A stretch of DNA of 64,000 nt. It comes from a virus (taxonomy: Duplodnaviria > Caudoviricetes). The position numbers and the translations under genes are program-made. Below are positions 38,576 to 48,674 of the stretch, piece by piece. The notes under the pieces were generated by a model, which had not been told where the DNA came from, did no database searches, and saw only the letters and a list, made by a program, of their open reading frames with translations. The stretch lies in the IMG/VR virus record IMGVR_UViG_3300027996_003878; one strand, 5' to 3'. The number at the start of each line of letters is the position of its first letter. The first letter of the stretch is position 1.

Positions 38576-39874
38576 CTATATTCCTATCTTTCTGCGAGCC
38601 GTATAAGAATTATCGAGCGCAGCTTCTTTTTCTAAAACAAGCCTCTCAATAGAAGACTTAATGTCTATATCATTTATTTTATTTCTACCATCTGACATAG
38701 CCTGAAACATCGACATTAAATACAATTCTTTTAAATACGCATAAGAGAATCCCTTATCCACAACTGTTTCAGTAATAACTTTATAAGCCGATGAAGAGAT
38801 TCCTTTTCCGCACCAATTTTTCAAAAACTTTTTAGCAAGCACTGAATCTGGCAGCGGAATGTGAAACTTTCGATCAAATCTTGAAGGCCTATCCACTATA
38901 GAACTCTTTAGTGAGCTTATGTCATTCGCAGTTCCTACAATAAATAAACCGTTCTTTGTATTTATACCATCCAAAAGATTTAAAAAATAAGACATATTAA
39001 CACTGTCATCTAATACAGAGTCAATGTCTTCTATGTAAAGGAGAGCTGGGTTTTGCTCTTGGGCATAATCAAAAGCATCATGAATAGTATCAGGATCAAT
39101 ATGATCTGATATATCCACCGTAACTGGCTTAAAATCATAATTAGAAATTATAGTTCTTATTATGCTAGTCTTACCACAACCTGGTGGGCCATACAAAAGC
39201 ATGCCTCTTTTCCAAGGAATTTTAGCATCTGAATAAAAACTTTCAGAATCTAACCACGACTCAACAGAATTTTTAATACTTAATTTTAAATCGTCTGGCA
39301 AAAACACATCATCCCAGGAATGATTTTTTTCATATGATATACTAGATCCGCCAGCTACATAAACCTGACAAGATTCCCTGTCTCTTGCCATACACCAATC
39401 GTCATATTTATTTCTAAAATCTAAATATTCTTGATAATTATCATCATTTATCAAAATGAAGGATAAAACGCCCTCTTCATCCGCGTACTTTTGATAAGCC
39501 AACGACGCCTGGACGAACTCTAAATCGCCACTTTTAATTACAAAAATACCTTGAGCAAAAAATCGCTCATTAATTCCATCCATCGCCCTCCACGATGTAA
39601 TACACTCCCTGAAAAGACATTCTAACTGAACATCATTTTCCTCACAAAATGATAAAAATGAGCCATCAATAGTTATACGGTTTTGAATGTAAGGACTTAC
39701 ATTGTCACCCCGCAACTCAGCTGAAAAGCAAGACAAAACCCATCGAATTAAAGAAGCAGAATCATTTGGGCGTCTTTTCGTTAAATCTATATAACTTCGA
39801 CCCTTAATTCTGGGAGACAGTTTATTTAAATTATCCGAACTTAAATGAAAGTAGCTAAATTCTTTTTCTTTCAT
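38576..39874 (-). CDS. AAA+ ATPase (single classical AAA domain, BCS1/FtsH-like)
   Basis: LLYGPPGCGKT, LYIEDID, GTAN, DRPSRFD. Confidence 0.9.
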   Translation of the reverse strand: MKEKEFSYFHLSSDNLNKLSPRIKGRSYIDLTKRRPNDSASLIRWVLSCFSAELRGDNVSPYIQNRITIDGSFLSFCEENDVQLECLFRECITSWRAMDGINERFFAQGIFVIKSGDLEFVQASLAYQKYADEEGVLSFILINDDNYQEYLDFRNKYDDWCMARDRESCQVYVAGGSSISYEKNHSWDDVFLPDDLKLSIKNSVESWLDSESFYSDAKIPWKRGMLLYGPPGCGKTSIIRTIISNYDFKPVTVDISDHIDPDTIHDAFDYAQEQNPALLYIEDIDSVLDDSVNMSYFLNLLDGINTKNGLFIVGTANDISSLKSSIVDRPSRFDRKFHIPLPDSVLAKKFLKNWCGKGISSSAYKVITETVVDKGFSYAYLKELYLMSMFQAMSDGRNKINDIDIKSSIERLVLEKEAALDNSYTARRKIGI

Positions 39875-39988
39875 GTTAAAACAGCTTTCACGCAAACAGA
39901 AATATTAAACAGATAATCTTAACCCTGCTCACAATTATTCAAAATAAAATACCAAGTTTTTGGTTAATCTCGACAACAACAATTAAGG

Positions 39989-42133
39989 CTATTTTATAAT
40001 TTTTTTTATATCAGAGTGAATTTTATTGCTCAAACATAACTTTTCAGGATTTGCAATAAAATTGTCAGGAAGTGGCTCAGAGTGCGTACAGTTAGGATAA
40101 TTCATACAGAATAAAATATTCTGATCATTAAATATAGTTGCATAAAGCTCTCCGTTGCACTTATTGCACTTCTTTCCAAATGGGACCTTGCGAGATCCAT
40201 TGCAGCGCGGATACTTAGAGCAAGAATAAAAAGGCCCCCACTTCCCATTTCTCTTAGACATAGGCGCACTGCACTTTGGGCAAAGCACATTATCAACAAT
40301 ATCTAATTTACTGTCCTTTAAAACTACATCACCATCAACAACATCACAACTCAACGTATTTTTACAATCTGGGTAGTTGTAACAAGCTAAATAAAATCCA
40401 AAAGAACCATGCTTAAGAAGCATTCTTTCATCACAAATGTCACAATTATATCCATAATCTTTTTCCTGAGACAAGTAAGCCTTCTTTAATTGCAATTTAA
40501 ATGAATCATAGAAATTATTCAACATCTCTATGTAAGTCAACTTACCATTTGCAATTAAATCTAAACCCCTCTCTAGCTTTGCAGTGTATTTCACCTCCAT
40601 AAAGTCAAAAAAAGGAACTAACGTTTCTATAACTTTAATACCAATCTCAGTAGGTAAAAAAGAACCTTTATTCTTTTTTACATAATTTCTAATTGATAAT
40701 TTATTTATCGTTTCCGCATATGTCGAAGATCTTCCTATTCCTTTATTCTCTAGCTCTTTAATTAAATGACCTTCGCTAAATCTACTTGGCGGTTTCGTCT
40801 TTTTGCTTACTACATCTACACCGCCTTTATTTAATACAAACCTCTCCCCCTCACTCAAAGAAGGTATTATCTTATTTTTTTTATTACGATCTGCAATAAC
40901 ACCCTCAGCGACATCAAGCCAACCTTTCACCCTTAGAATTCGACCATCTAATTTGAACTTATGCCCGCTTGATGACTGAATCTCAACCGAAGAAACATCA
41001 TATTTAGCCGCAATCATCTGACTTGCAACAAACCTTCTCCAAATTAAATTATAGATTTTTAACTCGTCTTGAGATAAAAATACTTTATCTGGCGTTCGCG
41101 TTACATCTGTGGGCCTAATAGCCTCATGGGCATCTTGAGCGTTATTTTTATTCTTATATGCATTTGACCTAGCTGGAGTTTCGTAACTATTAGCCTTTAG
41201 CCACTTTCTACAAGCAACCACTGATTCTTTTGAACTTCTAACAGAATCAGTGCGCATATACGTTATTAGACCGCTTTCATATAAAACTTGCGCTATCTGC
41301 ATCGTTTTCTTCGTTGTAAACTTATACAAAGAAGAGGCTGATGTCGCCAAGGCAGACGTAATAAGAGGCGGCAACGGCTGTCTGTCTTTGGAATAATTAT
41401 CTATTTTTACAATTTTAAATTGATCATAATCTAAATCACTAGTTATTTTTAATAATTTTTTATTATCTTTTATTGTAGACTCATAATTAGCAACAATTAT
41501 TTTATCTGGAGACGATTTACTCTTCAAACTAACATTAATAGTCCAAAAATCTTCAGACTTAAAATTATTTATATCCTTCTCTCTATCAACAATAAGCCTC
41601 AAAGCAACTGACTGAACTCTCCCTGCCGACAGTTTAGAGCTTAAAACTGAACTTAAATATGGAGAGACCAAAAAACCAACAATCCTATCAAGAACACGTC
41701 TTGCTTGTTGCGAGTCATACAAGTTTGAATTTAAACTAGTCGCGTTCTTTACTGCTTTTTTTACCTCTCTGGAGGTTACTTCATGAAATAAGACTCTATG
41801 AATTGGCACGCCCGTAGAATCCAAGGCGTCAGCTAAGTGCCATGCTATCGCCTCGCCCTCTCTATCAGGGTCAGATGCTATATAAATGTTTTCAATACCA
41901 TGAGCGCTCTCAATAATAACCCTTAATTTATCCTTCTTTCCCTCAATCAAACGATATTTAGGCGTAAAATTATTATCAATATTGATCCCAAGATTAAATT
42001 TACCAGACGTACTAAGGTCCATAATATGACCATAACTTGCACGCACCATATAGTCCTTACCTAAATACTTAGAAATTGTTTTAGCCTTAGCGGGTGACTC
42101 TACAATAAGCAAATTTTTCGGATGATTACCCAT
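39989..42133 (-). CDS. topA: Type IA DNA topoisomerase with C-terminal zinc ribbons
   Basis: LIVESPAKAKTI, DPDREGE, SAGRVQS, LITYMRTDS, AHEAIRPT, GIGRSSTY. Confidence 0.97.
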   Translation of the reverse strand: MGNHPKNLLIVESPAKAKTISKYLGKDYMVRASYGHIMDLSTSGKFNLGINIDNNFTPKYRLIEGKKDKLRVIIESAHGIENIYIASDPDREGEAIAWHLADALDSTGVPIHRVLFHEVTSREVKKAVKNATSLNSNLYDSQQARRVLDRIVGFLVSPYLSSVLSSKLSAGRVQSVALRLIVDREKDINNFKSEDFWTINVSLKSKSSPDKIIVANYESTIKDNKKLLKITSDLDYDQFKIVKIDNYSKDRQPLPPLITSALATSASSLYKFTTKKTMQIAQVLYESGLITYMRTDSVRSSKESVVACRKWLKANSYETPARSNAYKNKNNAQDAHEAIRPTDVTRTPDKVFLSQDELKIYNLIWRRFVASQMIAAKYDVSSVEIQSSSGHKFKLDGRILRVKGWLDVAEGVIADRNKKNKIIPSLSEGERFVLNKGGVDVVSKKTKPPSRFSEGHLIKELENKGIGRSSTYAETINKLSIRNYVKKNKGSFLPTEIGIKVIETLVPFFDFMEVKYTAKLERGLDLIANGKLTYIEMLNNFYDSFKLQLKKAYLSQEKDYGYNCDICDERMLLKHGSFGFYLACYNYPDCKNTLSCDVVDGDVVLKDSKLDIVDNVLCPKCSAPMSKRNGKWGPFYSCSKYPRCNGSRKVPFGKKCNKCNGELYATIFNDQNILFCMNYPNCTHSEPLPDNFIANPEKLCLSNKIHSDIKKIIK

Positions 42134-42145
42134 AGATAACACCTA

Positions 42146-42691
42146 TTGCTTAGCCAGCTTAGCATCGACAAAGCTTTAAGGAGCCGCCCTGCGATGCCAA
42201 TAAATATATATATAACCATGAACAATGAAGGCGTAATTCAAGCCCTAAGTTTATTGGACTTCTTTAAAGAAGACATCCAAAATATACCAAATTGCAGCTC
42301 TGAAACGAAATCGTATATATTACAGGTACTAAAAGAACCAGAAAAATTTTATCAGGAAATTTCCGGTAAGAGCATCACTTTGCTGTACGCCGATGCCAGC
42401 TTCAACTTCGACTTCAAATTATTTCAAATGATTGGTGACTTTTTGTTATTTTCAAAAGGAATACTGCCTAACTCGTTAAACGGTGCGTCTTTAAATTATT
42501 ATAATAATATAGCAATTAGCTCTTATAGGTCTTGTCATTTATTGCTTCAAAAGCAATGGCCCTTATTCGCAGAGCTTGCAAGCAATTTTTTAATAATAAC
42601 AAAATATATACAATCAATACTTGAAATTAAAATAAAAGAAAGCGAAGAAGATAAAGGTGAATTAATAAAAATAATTAATCCAAAAAAATAA
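42146..42691 (+). CDS. Hypothetical protein
   Basis: 181-aa ORF, first of a plus-strand island; start uncertain. Confidence 0.55.
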   Translation: MLSQLSIDKALRSRPAMPINIYITMNNEGVIQALSLLDFFKEDIQNIPNCSSETKSYILQVLKEPEKFYQEISGKSITLLYADASFNFDFKLFQMIGDFLLFSKGILPNSLNGASLNYYNNIAISSYRSCHLLLQKQWPLFAELASNFLIITKYIQSILEIKIKESEEDKGELIKIINPKK

Positions 42692-42693
42692 TT

Positions 42694-43062
42694 ATGTATA
42701 TATTTAATTTTATAACTCTAACCGCCGCCAAGATAATAAGTGATTCTGACGTTTTTGCTATTGAAAGAATCTTTACTGACCTTATTGGCAAATATGGGTG
42801 GCTATTTATTGGGGCTTTCTTTACTTTGTTATTTAAAAACCTTGTATCTAATATTTTAGCTGGCATGATGTTCATGTTTGGAAGTGATTTTGATACAGAT
42901 GATGTTGTATTTATCGATGGTGAGAAAAAAGCAAGGATAGTAAGACAAACTCCCACAAAAACCGTATTTCATATTATCGAAAGCGACAGAAAGCTAATAG
43001 TTCCAAATATTGATCTATATAAACTAAAAATAGAAAAGATTCTTCCAGAAGCAAAAGATTAA
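42694..43062 (+). CDS. Minimal MscS-like protein (TM + Sm-like beta domain)
   Basis: LFKNLVSNILAGMMF..FDTDDVVFIDG..T.T.F...RKLIVPN. Confidence 0.65.
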   Translation: MYIFNFITLTAAKIISDSDVFAIERIFTDLIGKYGWLFIGAFFTLLFKNLVSNILAGMMFMFGSDFDTDDVVFIDGEKKARIVRQTPTKTVFHIIESDRKLIVPNIDLYKLKIEKILPEAKD

Positions 43063-43069
43063 TAAGGTG

Positions 43070-43968
43070 ATGAGTAAGTTTAATAAAGTTGTGGGGAACA
43101 CGCCGTTAATAATGATTAATGAACGTGTATACGGAAAGCTTGAAACATACAACCCAACAGGTTCCGTAAAAGATAGAGTGATAAGCTATATTGTTGATGA
43201 AGCAGTCTCTAATAATATAATAAATAATAAAACAATTCTCTGTGAGGCAACAAGCGGTAATCAGGAATTGCCCTTAGCGCTATAGCTGCATCATTAGGTT
43301 TAAAATGTAAAATATTTATGCCATCCAATATGTCAGATGAGCGTAAAAAAATGATGAAGGTCTTCGGATCAGAGATAATCGAATCACCTCCAAACGATTT
43401 TGAGCATGCAATTAATTCTCGCGACCAATTCATATCCAAGACAGAAAACGCCTGGTCTCCGATGCAATTTAGCAACCCTAAGAACATCGAGTGTCACCGA
43501 AAAACAACGGCACCAGAAATTTGCAAGAACGCTTGCGGAATTTCAAAAAATCTTAGCGCATTTATACACGGCTCAGGTACCGGCGGAACAATAGAGGGAG
43601 TAAGGCAATTTTTTCAAAACAAAGACCCAGTTAGATGTTGGGGTAAATGTCAGTATAAATCAAGCGAGCAAAGCCCTAAAATAATAATGGTAGTGCCAGA
43701 CGAAGAGATACATGGAATACAAGGTATCGCTGATGGGAAAGATTTTCTAGCCAAATCATCAGACATGGATGAGGTGATTAGAATTACAACACAAGATGCG
43801 ATTGACAGGGCAAAACTTTTTGCAAAAGAGACAGGTATACTCGTCGGGATAAGCTCAGGAGCAAACATTTTAGCATCCGAAAGATGGGTTAAAGAAAACG
43901 ACCCAGACGGAATAGTAATCACTATTCTATGTGATCGAGGCGAAAGGTATATGTCTATTTATAATTAA
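43070..43968 (+). pseudogene. cysK: Cysteine synthase (PLP), frameshifted by a 1-nt deletion near 43260
   Basis: GNTPL, NPTGSVKDR, EATSGN | SGIAL, GSGTGGT, GISSGAN; 899 nt in total. Confidence 0.9.
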
Positions 43969-43975
43969 TTTATAA

Positions 43976-44179
43976 TTATTTTTTTTTCAATTCATCATAA
44001 CCACCATACAATTGAGTTAATTCTTGCAACTCATCCAATTTAGATTTTTTTCTATACGGGCAATGCCGACAATCATTGTCACAACAATAACCTCTCTTCA
44101 GCAAGAACGATGCAGTCAGAACGACAAAGCCATCTTCAATATAAAAATCTTTGCCTTCAATTAATTTTTTATTACTCAT
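43976..44179 (-). CDS. DUF5522-like Cys-rich small protein
   Basis: DFYIEDG.VVLT..FLLKRGYCCDNDCRHCPY. Confidence 0.8.
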   Translation of the reverse strand: MSNKKLIEGKDFYIEDGFVVLTASFLLKRGYCCDNDCRHCPYRKKSKLDELQELTQLYGGYDELKKK

Positions 44180-44186
44180 AAATATT

Positions 44187-45044
44187 TTAATTTTTAAATT
44201 TAAAAGAAGACTCGTGTAATGTTTGGCGAATTAATCTCTTCTTTCTTTTTTTTGCTAAAAAGGCATCCATAGAGCGTAATTCAACAACTAATAGTCGGCT
44301 AGGCGAGCCACAATCTAGCATCATGAATTCTTCTCTTATTAAAGGCTTATAACTTGAACTGCCTAATTTTACCAACTCCTTATAATTGGCGCCGGCAACA
44401 ATTGTTTTACCACTTAATGCACTTACTTTCTCGCCCATACCAATGCTTCTAATTACACTAGTGCAAAGCTTCCTATCAAAAAACAAGCTCTGGAAAGAGC
44501 TGCCTTCCAGATCTTTATCTAAATCTAAGCCAGCATGTACAAAAATATAATCCTCTAAATGGTAGTAATTAATTGTATGATTTATTAAAAAATTAACATG
44601 AACTTCGGGTATTAAATTTAATATCCTGTCAGTCGTCAAACAATGAGGGTTTACATCTGATACGTTAAATCTTTTAAGATACCCAGAGATAGTCTCGTAG
44701 CCGCCACTACGAAGCCAAACGCTGATTGCATCCTCGCTGCACTCAAACGAAAATGGCTTGTCAATGACACCTAGCTTCCTTAAAATACACGCCTCTGTCG
44801 CGCCTCTTAAAAAGACAACCCTATCACCAAATTTCTCTTTTATGTCAATTAAATAATCAAAAACATAAGCAGATTGCTCTGTTTTGCCTGTATAATTGCC
44901 TAAAAATACTAAAGTATCATTGCCGCCATCGCTCTTACGTAGCGGTAAGATTCGAGCACAAATATTTTTTAATAAATCTAAAGAGCCGCGTATATCAGGA
45001 ATTACATATATGCAATTCAGAAAGGACGGACGCCACTTACTCAT
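44187..45044 (-). CDS. PPP-family (calcineurin-like) phosphatase homologue with degenerate active site
   Basis: DIRG/GNYTGK/RGATE in place of DIHG/GDYVDRG/GNHE; FVHAG retained. Confidence 0.85.
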   Translation of the reverse strand: MSKWRPSFLNCIYVIPDIRGSLDLLKNICARILPLRKSDGGNDTLVFLGNYTGKTEQSAYVFDYLIDIKEKFGDRVVFLRGATEACILRKLGVIDKPFSFECSEDAISVWLRSGGYETISGYLKRFNVSDVNPHCLTTDRILNLIPEVHVNFLINHTINYYHLEDYIFVHAGLDLDKDLEGSSFQSLFFDRKLCTSVIRSIGMGEKVSALSGKTIVAGANYKELVKLGSSSYKPLIREEFMMLDCGSPSRLLVVELRSMDAFLAKKRKKRLIRQTLHESSFKFKN

Positions 45045-45052
45045 TAAATTGC

Positions 45053-45517
45053 TTAAAATGAATCAAATGCTTTGACAACACCTTCAACGACAGAAGGATC
45101 TGACGAAACACAAGTATAATCAAGGGTATCACTTACAACATCACTTTTAGATCTCTTAACGTACAATGCCCCTGACTCAAAAACATAAAATGATTCACTG
45201 ACACTTCGTGAAGTTTCGCTCTTATAAATCAGCCTGCCGTCCATAGACCTCACAAGCTTAAGAACATCAGCATCTTTTGAAGAAGTTGAAATATACCGAC
45301 TAACATCATGCAAACACGAATTCGTAGATAACGATTGAAAAAATAAAGACAATCGAGTGAAATTTATCAGATTACTAGGACTGAATTCTTTAGTATCTGG
45401 ATAAGAGTAAAATTGCCACCACTTTGGCTTTGCCGGCTGTCCAGCGGCAGTGCCGCCTAAACCTTTTAGCATTTCCATTAACTCATTCATATCAGGCATT
45501 TTAGTTTGATTCATCAA
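45053..45517 (-). CDS. Hypothetical protein
   Basis: 154 aa; GGAGAGG SD. Confidence 0.65.
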   Translation of the reverse strand: MMNQTKMPDMNELMEMLKGLGGTAAGQPAKPKWWQFYSYPDTKEFSPSNLINFTRLSLFFQSLSTNSCLHDVSRYISTSSKDADVLKLVRSMDGRLIYKSETSRSVSESFYVFESGALYVKRSKSDVVSDTLDYTCVSSDPSVVEGVVKAFDSF

Positions 45518-45577
45518 TAATTCCTCTCCATATAAGTTCCACTAAAAAGCTTGTGTTATCGAAGAATAAAGTTAAAA

Positions 45578-47077
45578 TTAACATCTCTTTTTTCTAACTT
45601 CTCTTTTTTTATTGTTTAATCTAAAATAAACGCTATCAACTATTTGCCTCCTGATTCGTTGCAAGAATACAAGACTATCTATCTCATAATGTGATGGAAT
45701 TCTAAAATGAGTTACATGAACCGGAGTTCCCGGCAACACAGTGTCATTCATAGATATCTTAGAAAAACTATACTCTTTTACAGCGCCCATTAAAGATTCC
45801 TCAGCGTCTAGGCTCTTTACATCTATAAGCCTACCAATAAAACAAGGCCCATAATCCTTAAACTTTCTACCACCAATATATTTTTCTTCGGTTTTGTTTG
45901 GAATTGTTCTTTTTTCAGTGACATGAGCCTTAAACTCACTGATGCCTAAAAACAATGCTAAATTAGGATCTGTTAAAGAGACAATATCAATTGTTTCGCC
46001 ATTTTTTACAATAGAGAATGGCAAGTAATTTTCAACTAATTTTGAATATTCTTGAAAAATTCTTGCATGGATAGGAAAATCTGCCGTTTGATGTTTTAAA
46101 TGAACAAGATAAGAAATCATTTCTTCTGGAAAGTTTGCAAGCATTATCTTAAATGCTTCGTACATCAACTTCTTCTTCACAAAGGTAGACTTGTTCTGAT
46201 TTCTTGATATTAATCTAATTTGATTTTCGATGACATCTTTAAGGACATCATGCTCACGTATGAATCTTTGCTTATGCTCCAACTGATCGTCAGCAAAAAC
46301 GATTTTATAATCTGTTAAAGTATCCTCAAGCGTAAAATCGCCTCCGTCACCTTGGTTTAAACTGAAATTAAGGCTTAAAATATTTCTTGAAAATTGCTTA
46401 GTGGGGTGACTTTTTTTATCTAAATTATAACTTGCCCCGCAGTAAGAGCAATTAATGTAAGGGCAAGAGACACCAAACTCTGTCGCAGATGATTCAGGAA
46501 TAAACCGGACGCATTCTGGACAGCGATAGCCTTTCTTGGAATGCTTAACAAAGGCCCTATGAAGCATGAGTCTAGACTCCAGAGAGGCCTTTTCTTCAAC
46601 AGATGTAACTCTATCAATTTTATTCGAAATGATATTTATTTCTTTCGCACACTCCTTACACCGAAAATACTTTCCATCTTTATCAAGCCTCTCAATTTTT
46701 CCATAACACCTACAAGCGGGACATATAGGGGCAGTGACTTTTTCTTGCGTATTATTTTCTTTGTAAATTTTTATTGGAAGAATATTAATACATTTTAATA
46801 AGTATAAATTTAAATCTCTTCCGTCCCTCCAATGCTGTAATTTACAAAAGAAAACATAAAGAGCATTTCTAAGCTCTTGCTTTGCTCTTGCTCGAAACGA
46901 GCGTAACAAACTTTCCGGTACCTCGTCCGACAATTTTAAATTGTAAGCTTTGTATATCAAACGATCTATTTTCGACTTATACAATTCAAAAATATCATTT
47001 AATATCCAATTATCTATGTCGTTTTCAGTAATTTTATCGATAATTTGATTAAGCTTGAAAAAAATATTGTCAACCAT
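45578..47077 (-). CDS. Large Zn-ribbon protein, possibly sigma-factor-like
   Basis: CPAC/CKEC/CPEC/CPYINCSYC; SLN..GD.TLED linker; ATG at 47077 lies downstream of a terminator. Confidence 0.7.
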   Translation of the reverse strand: MVDNIFFKLNQIIDKITENDIDNWILNDIFELYKSKIDRLIYKAYNLKLSDEVPESLLRSFRARAKQELRNALYVFFCKLQHWRDGRDLNLYLLKCINILPIKIYKENNTQEKVTAPICPACRCYGKIERLDKDGKYFRCKECAKEINIISNKIDRVTSVEEKASLESRLMLHRAFVKHSKKGYRCPECVRFIPESSATEFGVSCPYINCSYCGASYNLDKKSHPTKQFSRNILSLNFSLNQGDGGDFTLEDTLTDYKIVFADDQLEHKQRFIREHDVLKDVIENQIRLISRNQNKSTFVKKKLMYEAFKIMLANFPEEMISYLVHLKHQTADFPIHARIFQEYSKLVENYLPFSIVKNGETIDIVSLTDPNLALFLGISEFKAHVTEKRTIPNKTEEKYIGGRKFKDYGPCFIGRLIDVKSLDAEESLMGAVKEYSFSKISMNDTVLPGTPVHVTHFRIPSHYEIDSLVFLQRIRRQIVDSVYFRLNNKKREVRKKRC

Positions 47078-47140
47078 GCTTTTGTCTGTGATTAAAGGCA
47101 GATTAATTAACCGAACGACGCTTTTTAGGCTAATTAGAAG

Positions 47141-47173
47141 CAAAAAAAAGCCGAGATATGACCTATCTCGGCT
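47141..47173 (-). terminator. Intrinsic terminator after the FtsK-like gene
   Basis: AGCCGAGATA-GGTCA-TATCTCGGCT plus T-tract on the minus strand. Confidence 0.85.
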
Positions 47174-47239
47174 CATTGTCGTAACTCGACTAAAGCATAA
47201 TGCACGTATAACAAATACACAAATTCATTATTTTTTCAT

Positions 47240-48223
47240 CTAAGGCGCTATGTAAGCTGATTGAAACCGTACCTCTCCAAGCGAGGGGCTAATTAAAATG
47301 GCATCACCCTTACCCGCCAACAATTCGGCCCCTGGCCGGTCGATGATAACCTGAGAGTCCACTCTAGAGCTTGTACGGCACGCAATTCGTGCAGGAAAGT
47401 TCGCCTTAATTAGGCCCGTCAAGATGTCAACTGAAGGCCTCTGCGTCGCCACAATAATATGAATTCCGCATGCTCTTGATTTCTGAGCAATTTTAACAAG
47501 AAGTCTTTCAAATAAATTATTCTTATCATCCGTAATTAAATCAGCCACTTCGTCAATTACAATTAATATTTTTGAAAACAAGTTAGGCTTTTTCTTCAAG
47601 TCATTGACTCCACGCCTACTCATGATCGCATATCTTTTTTCCATTATTTTTTGGATTTTTTCAAGCATTTTTATTGTCGCATTAAGATCATTGCAAATTA
47701 CTTTCGCCTTGCGTTTATAAGAAGAAAATTCTACACGCTTAGGATCTACCAAATACAAATCAATATTCTGAAAATTCAATGCATTATAAATTAGGTTATG
47801 CAAAAGAACGCTTTTGCCAGAACCCGTTGTACCTGCAATTAGCAAATGGGGGTTATCACTCATATCCAAATGCAATGGCATACCGTGATCTGTCTCTCCA
47901 ATAACAAGCGGGAAAAAACCTCTTAAATTATTACGCTCACGCTTGTACAGTTCTTTGAGACATAGGGCCTTAGAGTCCCCACGAGTTCCCTGAAGCCGAA
48001 CAACCCCTTCTTCAGGGATTAGTTTACATGTCAGATTAGATTTTGTTTTTAAATACAAAGAGATTTCATCTATATATTTTTTAATCTCAGCTACACGATG
48101 GCCAGTTTTAATCATCGCATCATAGCTAACAAAATGACGATGCTCTCGTGCATTAACACAAACAGCGCCGATCTTAAAAGACTGAAACGCTTTATTTAAC
48201 TCCAACCTCATTGCAGAACTCAT
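47240..48223 (-). CDS. FtsK/SpoIIIE motor domain only (no TM, no gamma domain)
   Basis: PHLLIAGTTGSGKS, VDPK, IDEVADL, ATQRPS, LLAGKGD. Confidence 0.92.
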   Translation of the reverse strand: MSSAMRLELNKAFQSFKIGAVCVNAREHRHFVSYDAMIKTGHRVAEIKKYIDEISLYLKTKSNLTCKLIPEEGVVRLQGTRGDSKALCLKELYKRERNNLRGFFPLVIGETDHGMPLHLDMSDNPHLLIAGTTGSGKSVLLHNLIYNALNFQNIDLYLVDPKRVEFSSYKRKAKVICNDLNATIKMLEKIQKIMEKRYAIMSRRGVNDLKKKPNLFSKILIVIDEVADLITDDKNNLFERLLVKIAQKSRACGIHIIVATQRPSVDILTGLIKANFPARIACRTSSRVDSQVIIDRPGAELLAGKGDAILISPSLGEVRFQSAYIAP

Positions 48224-48411
48224 GACAGCATCGCAACCTTTCCAGACCATCTACCCTGATGCATACTCCACTCAAGTATCCGCCTGAACATAAAAACATG
48301 ATCAGAATTATAATAATTAATCCTTAACGGCTCTTGATCAATAAATTCTTTGATTTTTTTATTGCTAAATATACTTTTATAAGTTGACTTACGCATCTTA
48401 ATTAAATTCAA
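48220..48411 (-). CDS. Small hypothetical protein
   Basis: 63 aa; 4-bp overlaps on both sides. Confidence 0.5.
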   Translation of the reverse strand: MNLIKMRKSTYKSIFSNKKIKEFIDQEPLRINYYNSDHVFMFRRILEWSMHQGRWSGKVAMLS

Positions 48412-48674
48412 TTTTTTTTTACCAAGTCTTTGTTGAAAAAATGAGCGCTAATATCTTTGTAAAGAAAATGCACATCCATGGACAATTCTTTACATACTCG
48501 CCTATGATCTTTTTTAAAAAGATCTTTTCCCTCATTGAACAAAAACTGATTACTTTTACCAGTAACTCTGTCGTTTGCCCGTAATTTAGCCCTAACGACT
48601 CTTTTCAACTCATCGCATCTTTCGCCATTTCCAGATGCAACTAAAACACTAAATAATTTTGGTATTGTCACCAC
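48408..48674 (-). CDS. Small hypothetical protein
   Basis: 88-aa ORF. Confidence 0.55.
   Translation of the reverse strand: MVTIPKLFSVLVASGNGERCDELKRVVRAKLRANDRVTGKSNQFLFNEGKDLFKKDHRRVCKELSMDVHFLYKDISAHFFNKDLVKKN

Noticed and set aside
15435-42133. Inteins or introns in dnaE, recA or topA
   Set aside because: Lengths are normal and no splice-junction motifs or embedded endonuclease domains were seen.
47078-47176. N-terminal extension MSRDRSY... of the 532-aa ORF
   Set aside because: It overlaps an intrinsic terminator (47141-47173); ATG 47077 is the more plausible start.
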